Source: Gaiellaceae bacterium (lineage in GTDB: Bacteria > Actinomycetota > Thermoleophilia > Gaiellales > Gaiellaceae). From it: a DNA stretch of 61,665 nt. Positions 32,701-38,228 of the stretch are shown piece after piece. How positions within the stretch are numbered: position 1 is the first letter of the stretch; each line of letters starts with the position of its first letter. Made by a program: the position numbers and the translations under genes. The notes below the pieces were generated by a model, which saw nothing but the letters and a program-made list of their open reading frames with translations, was not told the origin of the DNA and made no database searches. The stretch is taken from assembly GCA_036377055.1 (NCBI GenBank), contig DASUZD010000007.1:1-61665 (forward strand), given 5' to 3'.

Positions 32701-33684
32701 GTGCAGGAGCTCAACGGATCGACGCCGACGGCGAACCTGCTCGCGGGGCCGGCCTTTGACGAGACCTACCTCCGCTCGACGTCGACCGAGTCGCGGAGCT
32801 TCCTGACTGACGCGCTCGGAAGCCCGATCGCGCTCGCCGACGGAAGCGGGACGATCCAGACGTCGTACACCTATGACCCGTTCGGAAACGTAACGACCAG
32901 CGGGGCGTCGAGCTCGAACACGTTCCAGTACGCCGGGCGCGAGAGTGACGGCAACGGTCTCGTCGCGATGCGAGACCGCTACTACAGCCCGGCGCTCGAG
33001 CGGTTCATCAGCCAGGACCAGATCGGCTTCGCCGGCGGTGACGTGAACGCATACACGTATGCGGGCAACGACCCGATCAACGCGACGGATCCCACCGGCA
33101 AGGACATCGGCGGTGGCATCCTCGTCTTCGTCACGTGCGTCTTGTCCGGCCACAAGGACGCGGCCGGGATCGCCGTGTGCGCATTGTTCGGAGCAGCGGC
33201 CGCCGCGGTCCCGATCCCGACGGAGGAGTTCGCGCCCGCGGCCGCGGAAGAGGGTGAAGGCGCTGCCGCGGCGGAAGCCGCCGCCGAGGAGTCTGCCGCG
33301 GAGGCCGCCGAGGAGGAGTCGAGCGCACGGCTACCGCAGGACGAGGCCCGAGAGGCGCAGCAGCCACCGCCCGAGGCGAAGAACACGAACAGGCCGAACG
33401 CCGGTGGTGGCGGTGCCGCGCACAACGCCGAGATCGACGCACGGACTGCGGAGGTCGAAGCAGAGGGAGCGCAGGACGTGCGCGTCAACCAGGAGCAGGT
33501 CGACGCGAGCGGGAAACGCGTCGGTCGCAACCGCCCGGACCTCCAGTACACGATCAACGGCCAGAGGTACTACGAGGAGTGGGATACCGATCCGGCTCGC
33601 AGCGCCGCGCACGAGGCTCGGATCAAGGCCAACGATCCGAACGCGATCGTGATCCCGCACATCATCGAGCCATCAGCGCCGTAG
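26782..33684 (+). CDS. Secreted RHS/YD-repeat polymorphic toxin (about 2300 aa)
   Basis: The ATG at 26782 follows GAAGGAG, and the signal peptide is ...LALAGLALAVVLVGVVGSAQA. The domain order is 2 IPT/TIG-like domains, 5 PPC-like tandem repeats, a CarboxypepD_reg-like domain, dozens of YD repeats (YTYDxxGRL), the RHS core end DRYYSPALERFISQD...NDPINATDPTG, and a unique 194-aa C-terminal tip. Confidence 0.9.
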   Translation: MPQHALTPASKGILRLGRRTRAASLALAGLALAVVLVGVVGSAQAAPPSTAITYAYDELGRLVAVSDPTQGAAKYTYDAVGNLTAIARQTVSAVSVLSFAPKAGPAGTTVTIYGTGYSATPSQNTVKFNGTVGTVVSSQATKIVATVPAGATTGTISVTAPGGTGTSSGSYTVGPAGPSITGFSPGVASVGGSVTVTGTGFDTSAINDVLATGKARAQVTAASATSLTGSIGGPGSGHVVVATPTGTATSTGIIYVPPSPYTAADVDNTASMSIGDTRTVSVGAANKIALVAFDGSSGQRVSLTFTSVTFSGSSCCSATASILNPDGSTLVSPSYFGTSGGFVDAATLPQDGTYTIVIDPQGTATGSASMTLGNVPADATASITPGGSPVTLTTTVAGQNGSLTFSGTSGQRISLDVGSVTFSGSSCCSATVALVAPDGSTLVPANYIGTLTSGEVIDATTLPQTGTYTLVVDPQGQATGSARFTLYNVPGDTGGTITPGGSPVTVTISTPGQNASYTFSGSQNQRISLNIDQVTLGTSSCCSGKVSIRNPDGSTLVSPTYFGTLGNTFVDTLTLAQTGTYTIFVDPQGNATGSARLTLYDVPADATGTITPGGAAQTVTTTVPGQNASYTFSGTQNQRISLNIDNVTMGSSSCCSAKVSIKNPDGSTLVNPTFFGTLGNTFIDTLTLAQTGTYTIVVDPQSDATGSARFSLYDVPADTTGSMSIGGPSQNVTVTTPGQNATLTFAGTTNKNIHLTLSNVTIGTSSCCSGKVSIKNPDGSTLVNPTFFGTLGNTTVSATLPVDGTYTILVDPQSNATGSATLTLTDPPVAETLRAAPLFDPVTNLLQPPRIESPAKVARERAPQGAARSAAPTSTAANPHPNIDFDTPDAEDWTPGAGNRTGDWRRHLPHSPWQSLAPLRARGGITALSGQTLTLNGKPLEGVKVELEDTSLTTKADDTGRFLLSEAPDGHHVLIVDGRAAGTPGKQYGRFEIGVDIVAHRTNALDYTIWMPKLDNAGEATIASPTTQETVVKTPKIPGLELHLQPGTTITDENGKPITKISISPVPVDRPPFPLPLGVTVPLYFTIQPGGAYLSKPAQLIYPNYTHLPAGQRVPFWNYDPDKKGWYIYGQGTVSADAKQVVPDASTRIYSFTGAMISGGPNPPNKGPKGRQKGGDPVDLGTGLFVEQKTDLVEPGPLPLVLTRTYRQGDANSYSFGIGTTMPYDLRLWSVNNYQDADLVLPTGGRIHYVRISPGTGFSDAVYEAQTTPSTFYRSKIAWNGNGWNLTLTDGTVYVFGDLAPLQSIRDRFGNTITVAHASGSSGNVTQVTASDGRWIKFTYDGSNRITQAADNAGRTVGYTYDGSGRLQTVTDAAGGVTTYGYDAQNEMTTIKDPTLVTYLTNTYDANGRVQKQTFADNTFYQYAYTIDGNGNVTQTDVTDPRGIVHRETFGADGYVLTDVAALGTADQQTTTYQRQAGTDLVTSITDPLNRRTDFTYDDYGDVTSQTRLAGTSGAVTTSFTYTPQFHQLATVTDPLNHTTTNAYNASGALTSITDPLNHSTTFVPNGAGQPTQITDALNHTSTLTYVLGDLVRVTDSLGGVVARFVDNAGRVGSVTDPLGNVSKTQYDALNDVLKTTDPKGAQNTFVYDANGRLKSLTDAATHQTTFAYNNMGRLSTRTDPLTHQQAYAYDADGNVTSFTDAKGQVTTYRYDNLNRRTFVGFGTTGTPPNQSYTSTIAYTFDAGDRLRQTVDSANGTITDVYDDLNRLTSETTPQGTVSSTYDVASRRATMTVTGQPQVTYSYDAQNRLTQISNGTSTVGVGYDDTNRQTSTTLPDGIVETYAYDNASRVTGITDTLGANTLGTLSYDYDATGRRDAVWGSYARTGLPAAVSSRTYDAGNELTKIGNTRTTNDLNGSLTSDGTTTYTWNNRAQLASTSKTGTTASYTYDAFGRRKSKTLNGTTTSYLYDGPNVVQELNGSTPTANLLAGPAFDETYLRSTSTESRSFLTDALGSPIALADGSGTIQTSYTYDPFGNVTTSGASSSNTFQYAGRESDGNGLVAMRDRYYSPALERFISQDQIGFAGGDVNAYTYAGNDPINATDPTGKDIGGGILVFVTCVLSGHKDAAGIAVCALFGAAAAAVPIPTEEFAPAAAEEGEGAAAAEAAAEESAAEAAEEESSARLPQDEAREAQQPPPEAKNTNRPNAGGGGAAHNAEIDARTAEVEAEGAQDVRVNQEQVDASGKRVGRNRPDLQYTINGQRYYEEWDTDPARSAAHEARIKANDPNAIVIPHIIEPSAP
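27606..29263 (+). repeat. Five in-frame tandem repeats of 112-114 codons inside the RHS gene
   Basis: The motif AGCTGCTG(T/C)AGC (SSCCS) recurs at 27721, 28057, 28399, 28738 and 29077, a spacing of 336-342 nt. Each unit reads ...QRISL...VT.G.SSCCS..V.I.NPDGSTLV...GTYTI.VDPQ..ATGSA. Confidence 0.85.
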
Positions 33685-33690
33685 CGAGGG

Positions 33691-33715
33691 CGGCGGCGTG
33701 CACGCCTCGCCGCCG
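33691..33715. terminator. GC-rich hairpin between the convergent RHS and HEAT genes
   Basis: An 8-bp stem CGGCGGCG / CGCCGCCG has a 9-nt loop and lies between the RHS stop (33684) and the HEAT-gene stop (33726). There is no clear U-tract. Confidence 0.4.
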
Positions 33716-33725
33716 TCGGCGGCCG

Positions 33726-34232
33726 CTACCTCGGCCGCGGGTCGGCCATGCGCGGAGCGCCCGGCGGCAGGTCCTCGGGCCACACGACCCAGAAGACGCG
33801 GCCGCTGTGGTCGCGATCCCGGACGAGATTGTGATTCCGGTTCACGATCGCGTCGATCGCCGCCTGCGCGTCGTCGCGAGTGGTCGGGTCCGGATGGTCG
33901 AGCAGCCCTCTGAGCGTCGGCAGCGCGTCCTTTCGAAGCGAGTACGCCAGCAGCTCGCATGCCCGGTGACGAACGAGACGTGCGCGATCACGGCAGGCAC
34001 GCAGCCCGAGCTGGAACGCGTCCTCGCTCGTTCGGGCGTACGGCGTCGCCCAGACGACGAGCGTGGCGCGGGCCTGCCACTTCTTCGCGTGCGGGTAGTA
34101 CTCCGCGAGGTAGGGAACGGCACGATTGCCGAGGTGCTTGAGATCGGCCCACACTTGTTTCCGCTCCCGCCACCGCGGCGTGTCGAGCTCACGAAGACGC
34201 TCCTCGATTCTCTCGTCGCTCGGGCTTGTCAT
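33726..34232 (-). CDS. HEAT-repeat protein (copy A), immunity candidate
   Basis: It is alpha-helical repeat sequence (...AVPYLAEYYPHAKKWQARATLV...ACELLAYSLRKDALPTLRGLLDHPDPTTRDDAQAAIDAI) of the HEAT_2 type. An intact paralogue lies at 36246-36752. Confidence 0.65.
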   Translation of the reverse strand: MTSPSDERIEERLRELDTPRWRERKQVWADLKHLGNRAVPYLAEYYPHAKKWQARATLVVWATPYARTSEDAFQLGLRACRDRARLVRHRACELLAYSLRKDALPTLRGLLDHPDPTTRDDAQAAIDAIVNRNHNLVRDRDHSGRVFWVVWPEDLPPGAPRMADPRPR

Positions 34233-34306
34233 TCGAGCACCGAGACTAGTGGAAGCACCTGCTGCACCTGGAGAGGACTTCTCGATCGGGAGCCAAACTG
34301 ACGATC

Positions 34307-34750
34307 GTGGAGTTCTCGTCCAGACCGGAGCGCGAGGTCGAGGAGCGAGTCGAGCCGCTCAACGAGGCCGAGCTCCGATGGGTCGCCGACAACGTGGCGG
34401 AAGCTCGGCGGAACGTGAAGGAGCGCGGTCTTGCGGCCGCCGCAGTGACCGCCGAGGCGCTCGACGAGCTCTGGGACTTGGTCCTCGCCGAAGGATCCGA
34501 CGACCCCAATGTGGTGATCAACCTCGTCGGCCTTGCGCTGGGGCAGCTCCTCGTAGATCGCTTTGGGCTCGCATGGGTCGCGTTGACCGACGAGTACGGA
34601 ACGGAAATCGCCGTCCGTGGCCCGTCCAATTTCACCGTCTTTCCAACCAACTTCGTCGCTAAGCGGTATGAGAGCGGCGAGCGCGGCTTCATCGCGCCCT
34701 TTGTCGATGCGGTCGCGCGACGGCTACAAGGGCTGGACACGGCCGGGTAG
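34307..34750 (+). CDS. DUF3806-like small protein, immunity candidate
   Basis: GTG start. The segment LVGLALGQLLVDRFGLAWVALTDEYGTEIAVRG....VFPTNFVAKRYESGE resembles DUF3806 as I remember it. A degraded copy lies at 36827-37056. Confidence 0.55.
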   Translation: MEFSSRPEREVEERVEPLNEAELRWVADNVAEARRNVKERGLAAAAVTAEALDELWDLVLAEGSDDPNVVINLVGLALGQLLVDRFGLAWVALTDEYGTEIAVRGPSNFTVFPTNFVAKRYESGERGFIAPFVDAVARRLQGLDTAG

Positions 34751-34803
34751 GCCATCGTTCTCGCGCGAATCAGGGTCGGAGAGCGCTTGGCCTGGTCGGG
34801 AAC

Positions 34804-35667
34804 ATGTCTACGACGAGAGACGCGAACGGCAGCCTGACGGACGACGGAACGACAACCTACACGTGGAACAACCGCGGTCAGCTCGCCTCCTCCTCGAAGA
34901 CCGGCCTCAGCGCCAGCTACGCCTACGACGCCTTCGGCCGGCGCCGCTCCAAGACGGTCGGCGGGACGACGACGAACTTCCTCTACGACCGCCAGAACGT
35001 CGTCCAGGAACTCTCCGGGTCGACGCCGACAGCCAACCTGCTGACCGGGCTCGGGATCGACGAGACGTACAGCCGAGCCGACGCGAGCGGAACGAAGAGC
35101 TTCCTCACCGACACCCTCGGCTCGACGGTCGCTCTTGCCGATAGCTCAGGCAGCGTGACCACCTCCTACACCTACGAGCCCTTCGGCAACGCGACATCGA
35201 GCGGCGCGAGCTCGACGAGCAGCTTCCAGTACACGGGCCGCGAGAACGACGGCACAGGCCTCGCTTTCCTCCGCGCTCGTTACTACAGCCCGACCCTCCA
35301 GCGCTTCCTATCCGAAGACCCGCTAGGCGTGCGCGCTGGCGATGCAAATCTCTATGCCTACGTATCGAACAGCCCGCTCAACCTCGTTGACCGGCTCGGT
35401 CTTTGCGGCTCCGGCATCGGCGGTTTCCTGAACGCCATGTTCGGGCGCTGCGGCTCCTGGGATCCGTTTGGCCTCTTCTCGGGTCTCGGCCCGATCCTCG
35501 AGTCGATCCACGGGTGCGAGATAATCGCTGAAGCAACAGGAGGCATCATGACTGGAGATTTGCTAGCCCGCGCCGCACTCGGGATGGCGATCAGTCCTGA
35601 ATTCACTTTTGGGGTTGCAGTCGTCGGTGCGGCGGCGTGCATCGTGTATCAGCAACAGCACAGTTGA
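34804..35667 (+). CDS. Orphan RHS C-terminal module with an alternative Gly/Cys-rich hydrophobic toxin tip
   Basis: Residues 1-200 are homologous to main-RHS nt 32510-33099 (...YTWNNRGQLA...YDAFGRR...ARYYSPTLQRFLSEDP...NSPLNLVDRLGL). An unrelated 87-aa tip follows. The ATG at 34804 has no SD. GC content drops within the tip. Confidence 0.75.
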   Translation: MSTTRDANGSLTDDGTTTYTWNNRGQLASSSKTGLSASYAYDAFGRRRSKTVGGTTTNFLYDRQNVVQELSGSTPTANLLTGLGIDETYSRADASGTKSFLTDTLGSTVALADSSGSVTTSYTYEPFGNATSSGASSTSSFQYTGRENDGTGLAFLRARYYSPTLQRFLSEDPLGVRAGDANLYAYVSNSPLNLVDRLGLCGSGIGGFLNAMFGRCGSWDPFGLFSGLGPILESIHGCEIIAEATGGIMTGDLLARAALGMAISPEFTFGVAVVGAAACIVYQQQHS

Positions 35668-35672
35668 ACGAG

Positions 35673-36071
35673 ATGCATCGCGAGGGAAGGCCGGTGGAGC
35701 GGCTCTCATTTCGAGAGCGGTTTGAGGTCTATCGTGCCGTCTACAACGGATCCGCCGTCAAGAACCCTGCGCTCGCGGCAGCGGCGGTCGCCCGGGCAAG
35801 TCAGCGGAACGCGAGGCCTCGTCGCTGGTCGCGGCGCTGGATTCGCTCCTTTCTGCTCGATCCCATCGACCTACCGACCTACGTTGTCTTCTCTGTAATG
35901 CTGCTCGTGGTTTGGCCGAGCGTATTGACGGTGGCGATATTGGCCGGAGGCTTCATTCTGATAGGGCTGATGACTAGGAGACGAATCAGGCGAAAGGCGC
36001 ACCAAGCCTTCGAGGCGAATCAGCGACTACTCGAGAGAGCGAGACCTAGCGACACCACATCCCTTGGCTAA
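35673..36071 (+). CDS. Small membrane protein, cognate immunity candidate for the orphan tip
   Basis: It starts 5 nt after the orphan stop and has two adjacent TM helices (TYVVFSVMLLVVWPSVLTVAILAGGFILIGLM). GC content is visibly lower than in flanking DNA. Confidence 0.5.
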   Translation: MHREGRPVERLSFRERFEVYRAVYNGSAVKNPALAAAAVARASQRNARPRRWSRRWIRSFLLDPIDLPTYVVFSVMLLVVWPSVLTVAILAGGFILIGLMTRRRIRRKAHQAFEANQRLLERARPSDTTSLG

Positions 36072-36117
36072 GTAAGCCTGCTGATTCTTCGCTCGCAGGG
36101 ACGGGAGCGGCGCGAGG

Positions 36118-36228
36118 AGCTACTTCACCGACGCCTTGGGTCGACGCTGGCGCTTGCCGGTCACTTAGGGAGCGTCACCAGCTCCTAGAGCCGCGAGCCC
36201 CCTCGGCAATGCAACCACGAGAGCCGCG
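36118..36228 (+). pseudogene. Decayed RHS-core fragment
   Basis: It aligns to 35098-35215 and 32795-32910 (S.FTDALGS...GSVT.SYTYEPFGN...SGA region) at roughly 70% identity. It has a 1-nt deletion and in-frame TAGs, and it abuts the 3' end of HEAT copy B. Confidence 0.5.
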
Positions 36229-36245
36229 TACCTCGCCGGCGGTCA

Positions 36246-36752
36246 CTACCTCGGACGCGGGTGCGCCATGAGCGGAGCGCCCGAGGGCAGATCCTCGGGC
36301 CACACGACCCAGAAGACGTGGCCGCTGTGGTCTCGATCCCGGACTAGATGGTGATTCCGATTCACGATCGCATCGATTGCCGCCTGTGCGTCCTCGCGAG
36401 TCGTCGGGTCCGGATGGTCGAGCAGACCTTTGAGCCTCGGCAGCGCCTCCTTTCGAAGCGAGTACGCCAGCAGCTCGCACGCCCGGTGACGAACCAGACG
36501 CGCGCGATCGCGACACGCATGCAGCCCGAGCTGGAACGCGTCCTCGCTCGTCCGGGCGTACGGCGTCGCCCATACGACGAGCGTGGCGCGCGCCTGCCAC
36601 TTCTTCGCGCGTGGGTAGTACTCCGCGAGGTAGGGGACGACACGATTGCCGAGGTGCTTGAGATCGGCCCACACTTGTTTCCGCTCCCGCCACCGCGTGG
36701 TGTCGAGCTCGCGAAGACGCTCCTCGATCCTCTCGTCACTAGGGCCTGTCAT
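36246..36752 (-). CDS. HEAT-repeat protein (copy B)
   Basis: It has 169 codons, the same length as copy A, and is near-identical in protein sequence with scattered substitutions. It is intact while its neighbours in the duplicated block are degraded. Confidence 0.65.
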   Translation of the reverse strand: MTGPSDERIEERLRELDTTRWRERKQVWADLKHLGNRVVPYLAEYYPRAKKWQARATLVVWATPYARTSEDAFQLGLHACRDRARLVRHRACELLAYSLRKEALPRLKGLLDHPDPTTREDAQAAIDAIVNRNHHLVRDRDHSGHVFWVVWPEDLPSGAPLMAHPRPR

Positions 36753-36826
36753 TCGAGCACCGAGACTAGTGGAAGCACGTGCGGCCCTTCGACACGACCT
36801 CTCGGTCCAGAGCCAAACTGACGACC

Positions 36827-37056
36827 GTGGAGTTCTCGTCCAGACCGGAGCGCGAGACCCCAATGTGGTGATCAACCATGGGTCGCGTTGACCGACGAGT
36901 ACGGAACGGAAATCGCCGTCCGTGGCCCGTCCAATTTCACCGTCTTTTCCAACCAACTTCGTCGCTAAGCGGTGTGAGAGCGGCGAGCGGGGCTTCATCG
37001 CGCCCTTGTCGATGCGGTCGCGCGGCGGCTACAAGGACTGGACACGGCCCGGGTAG
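36827..37056 (+). pseudogene. Remnant of the DUF3806-like gene with two internal deletions
   Basis: It has the same GTGGAGTTCTCGTCCAGACCGGAGCGCGAG start as 34307. It then jumps to ...CCCAATGTGGTGATCAAC and to ...GGGTCGCGTTGACCGACGAGTACGG. The reading frame is broken. Confidence 0.6.
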
Positions 37057-37065
37057 GCCATCTGT

Positions 37066-37190
37066 CACCGACACCCTCGGCTCGACGGTCGCTCTTGCCG
37101 ATAGCTCGGGCAGCGTGACCACCTTCTACACCTACGAGCCCTTCGGCAACGCGACGTCGAGCGGCGCGAGCTCGACGAACAACTTCCAGT
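37066..37190 (+). pseudogene. Truncated RHS-core fragment
   Basis: It is near-identical to 35103-35230 (TDTLGSTVALADSSGSVTT.YTYEPFGNATSSGASST..FQ). Homology stops abruptly after FQ and runs into unrelated lower-GC DNA. Confidence 0.6.
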
Positions 37191-37222
37191 CCACCGCCAC
37201 TCGCGATGCTAGGTGTGCCGAC

Positions 37223-37703
37223 GTGAGTGGACGAGGTCGATTCCGCGCCCAGGCACGGACGATAGCCGTGATCCTGACTGGTGCGGGGGCTTACTTCCTA
37301 GTGCTCGCCCTGCTCGGTTTTCTGTCGGATCTCTTGCCGCATCGTCCGCTCTTGCCGATCGTCTTCGCCGTAATCGGCGTTCTGCTCTGTTACGAGTCAT
37401 GGGTGTTCTGGCCACGTCCAGCACGCTCGGGAACGGGCACCCTTGCGACATTTGCCAGACGGCCGCCAAGATCGTGGGCCGAGGCTCGGCGGCGCTTCCT
37501 GCGCATATCAGCGGTCGCACTGCTGTTATTCACAGCGCTCGGAGCCGGGCGTCGGATTCAGCTTGGGAAGCGCTACCGCGGCGGTTTGGCTTGCGGTGTC
37601 GTTCAGCCTGGTCTATGTCGCCTGGTTCGTCGTCATCTATCGAGTCGGGAGACGCCAGTGGCATGAACGCCAGCGCCGGGCCGAGGCTGGCTCTGACGGC
37701 TGA
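37223..37703 (+). pseudogene. Possible 4-TM membrane protein (orphan immunity-like), apparently frameshifted
   Basis: The in-frame GTG at 37223 opens two TM helices (IAVILTGAGAYFLVLALLGFL, LLPIVFAVIGVLLCYESWVFW) and a third. The fourth TM helix and a basic tail (VWLAVSFSLVYVAWFVVIYRVGRRQWHERQRR) are in the 37443..37703 frame. The region is low in GC. Confidence 0.3.
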
Positions 37704-37999
37704 GCGCCACCTCGGGCCGCCGTGTGGGACCGAGACTGCTCCCCAATCGATCATGACGGACGTTCGGCAGCAGATCGTGTATCAGCGGTCAGAAACCGCT
37801 ACTCTCGGACTGCGGGCCGGAGCTCGGGTGCCGTCCCGGCCGTAGCCGCAGCGGCCTGGTTCTCCGGCGCCGGGCATCCGGCCCGCACGAACTTGTCCCG
37901 CGGGCGCCTCGAGCCGGAATAATGCCCGCTAAGCAGCCGTTTTACCTCTAGGTCGGCGCGCCAGACCGGCGCGCGGCACGACCTACCTGAGGAGGATTT

Positions 38000-38206
38000 G
38001 TGAAGCACGTTCATCCCGAGCTCATGCTCACGACGGTCCGCTGCACCTCGTGCGGGCGGAGCTTCGTCACCCGCTCCACACGTGACGAGATCGTCGTGGA
38101 CGTGTGCTCCAACTGCCACCCCGCCTACACCGGCGCCGAACGGCGCGTGCAGAGCGGCAGCCGCATCGAGCGGTTCGAGCGGCGCCGGGCGGCGGCACGA
38201 CACTAG
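38000..38206 (+). CDS. rpmE: 50S ribosomal protein L31 (Zn-ribbon type)
   Basis: MKHVHPE...VRCTSCG......VDVCSNCHPAYTG is the canonical L31 sequence with CxxC..CxxC. The GTG start follows GAGGAGGA. Confidence 0.9.
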   Translation: MKHVHPELMLTTVRCTSCGRSFVTRSTRDEIVVDVCSNCHPAYTGAERRVQSGSRIERFERRRAAARH

Positions 38207-38228
38207 AACAAGGAAGGAAGGAGAAGCT

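Noticed and set aside
33100-33684. A deaminase-type toxin call for the RHS tip because of the AHNAE motif
   Set aside because: Deaminase toxins need an H(A/C)E motif plus a PCxxC zinc motif. The catalytic part of this tip contains no Cys pair, and the motif reads HNAE.
36878-37666. A 262-aa ORF as an intact gene
   Set aside because: It is a chimera that reads through the DUF3806-like remnant (out of frame), the truncated RHS fragment and an unrelated TM-rich segment. I split it into pseudogene fragments and a possible frameshifted membrane gene.
33691-37900. A prophage, integrative element or IS behind the low-GC patches
   Set aside because: No integrase, transposase, terminal inverted repeats or tRNA target were found. 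The compositional shifts coincide with toxin tips and immunity genes, which fits Rhs orphan-module exchange.
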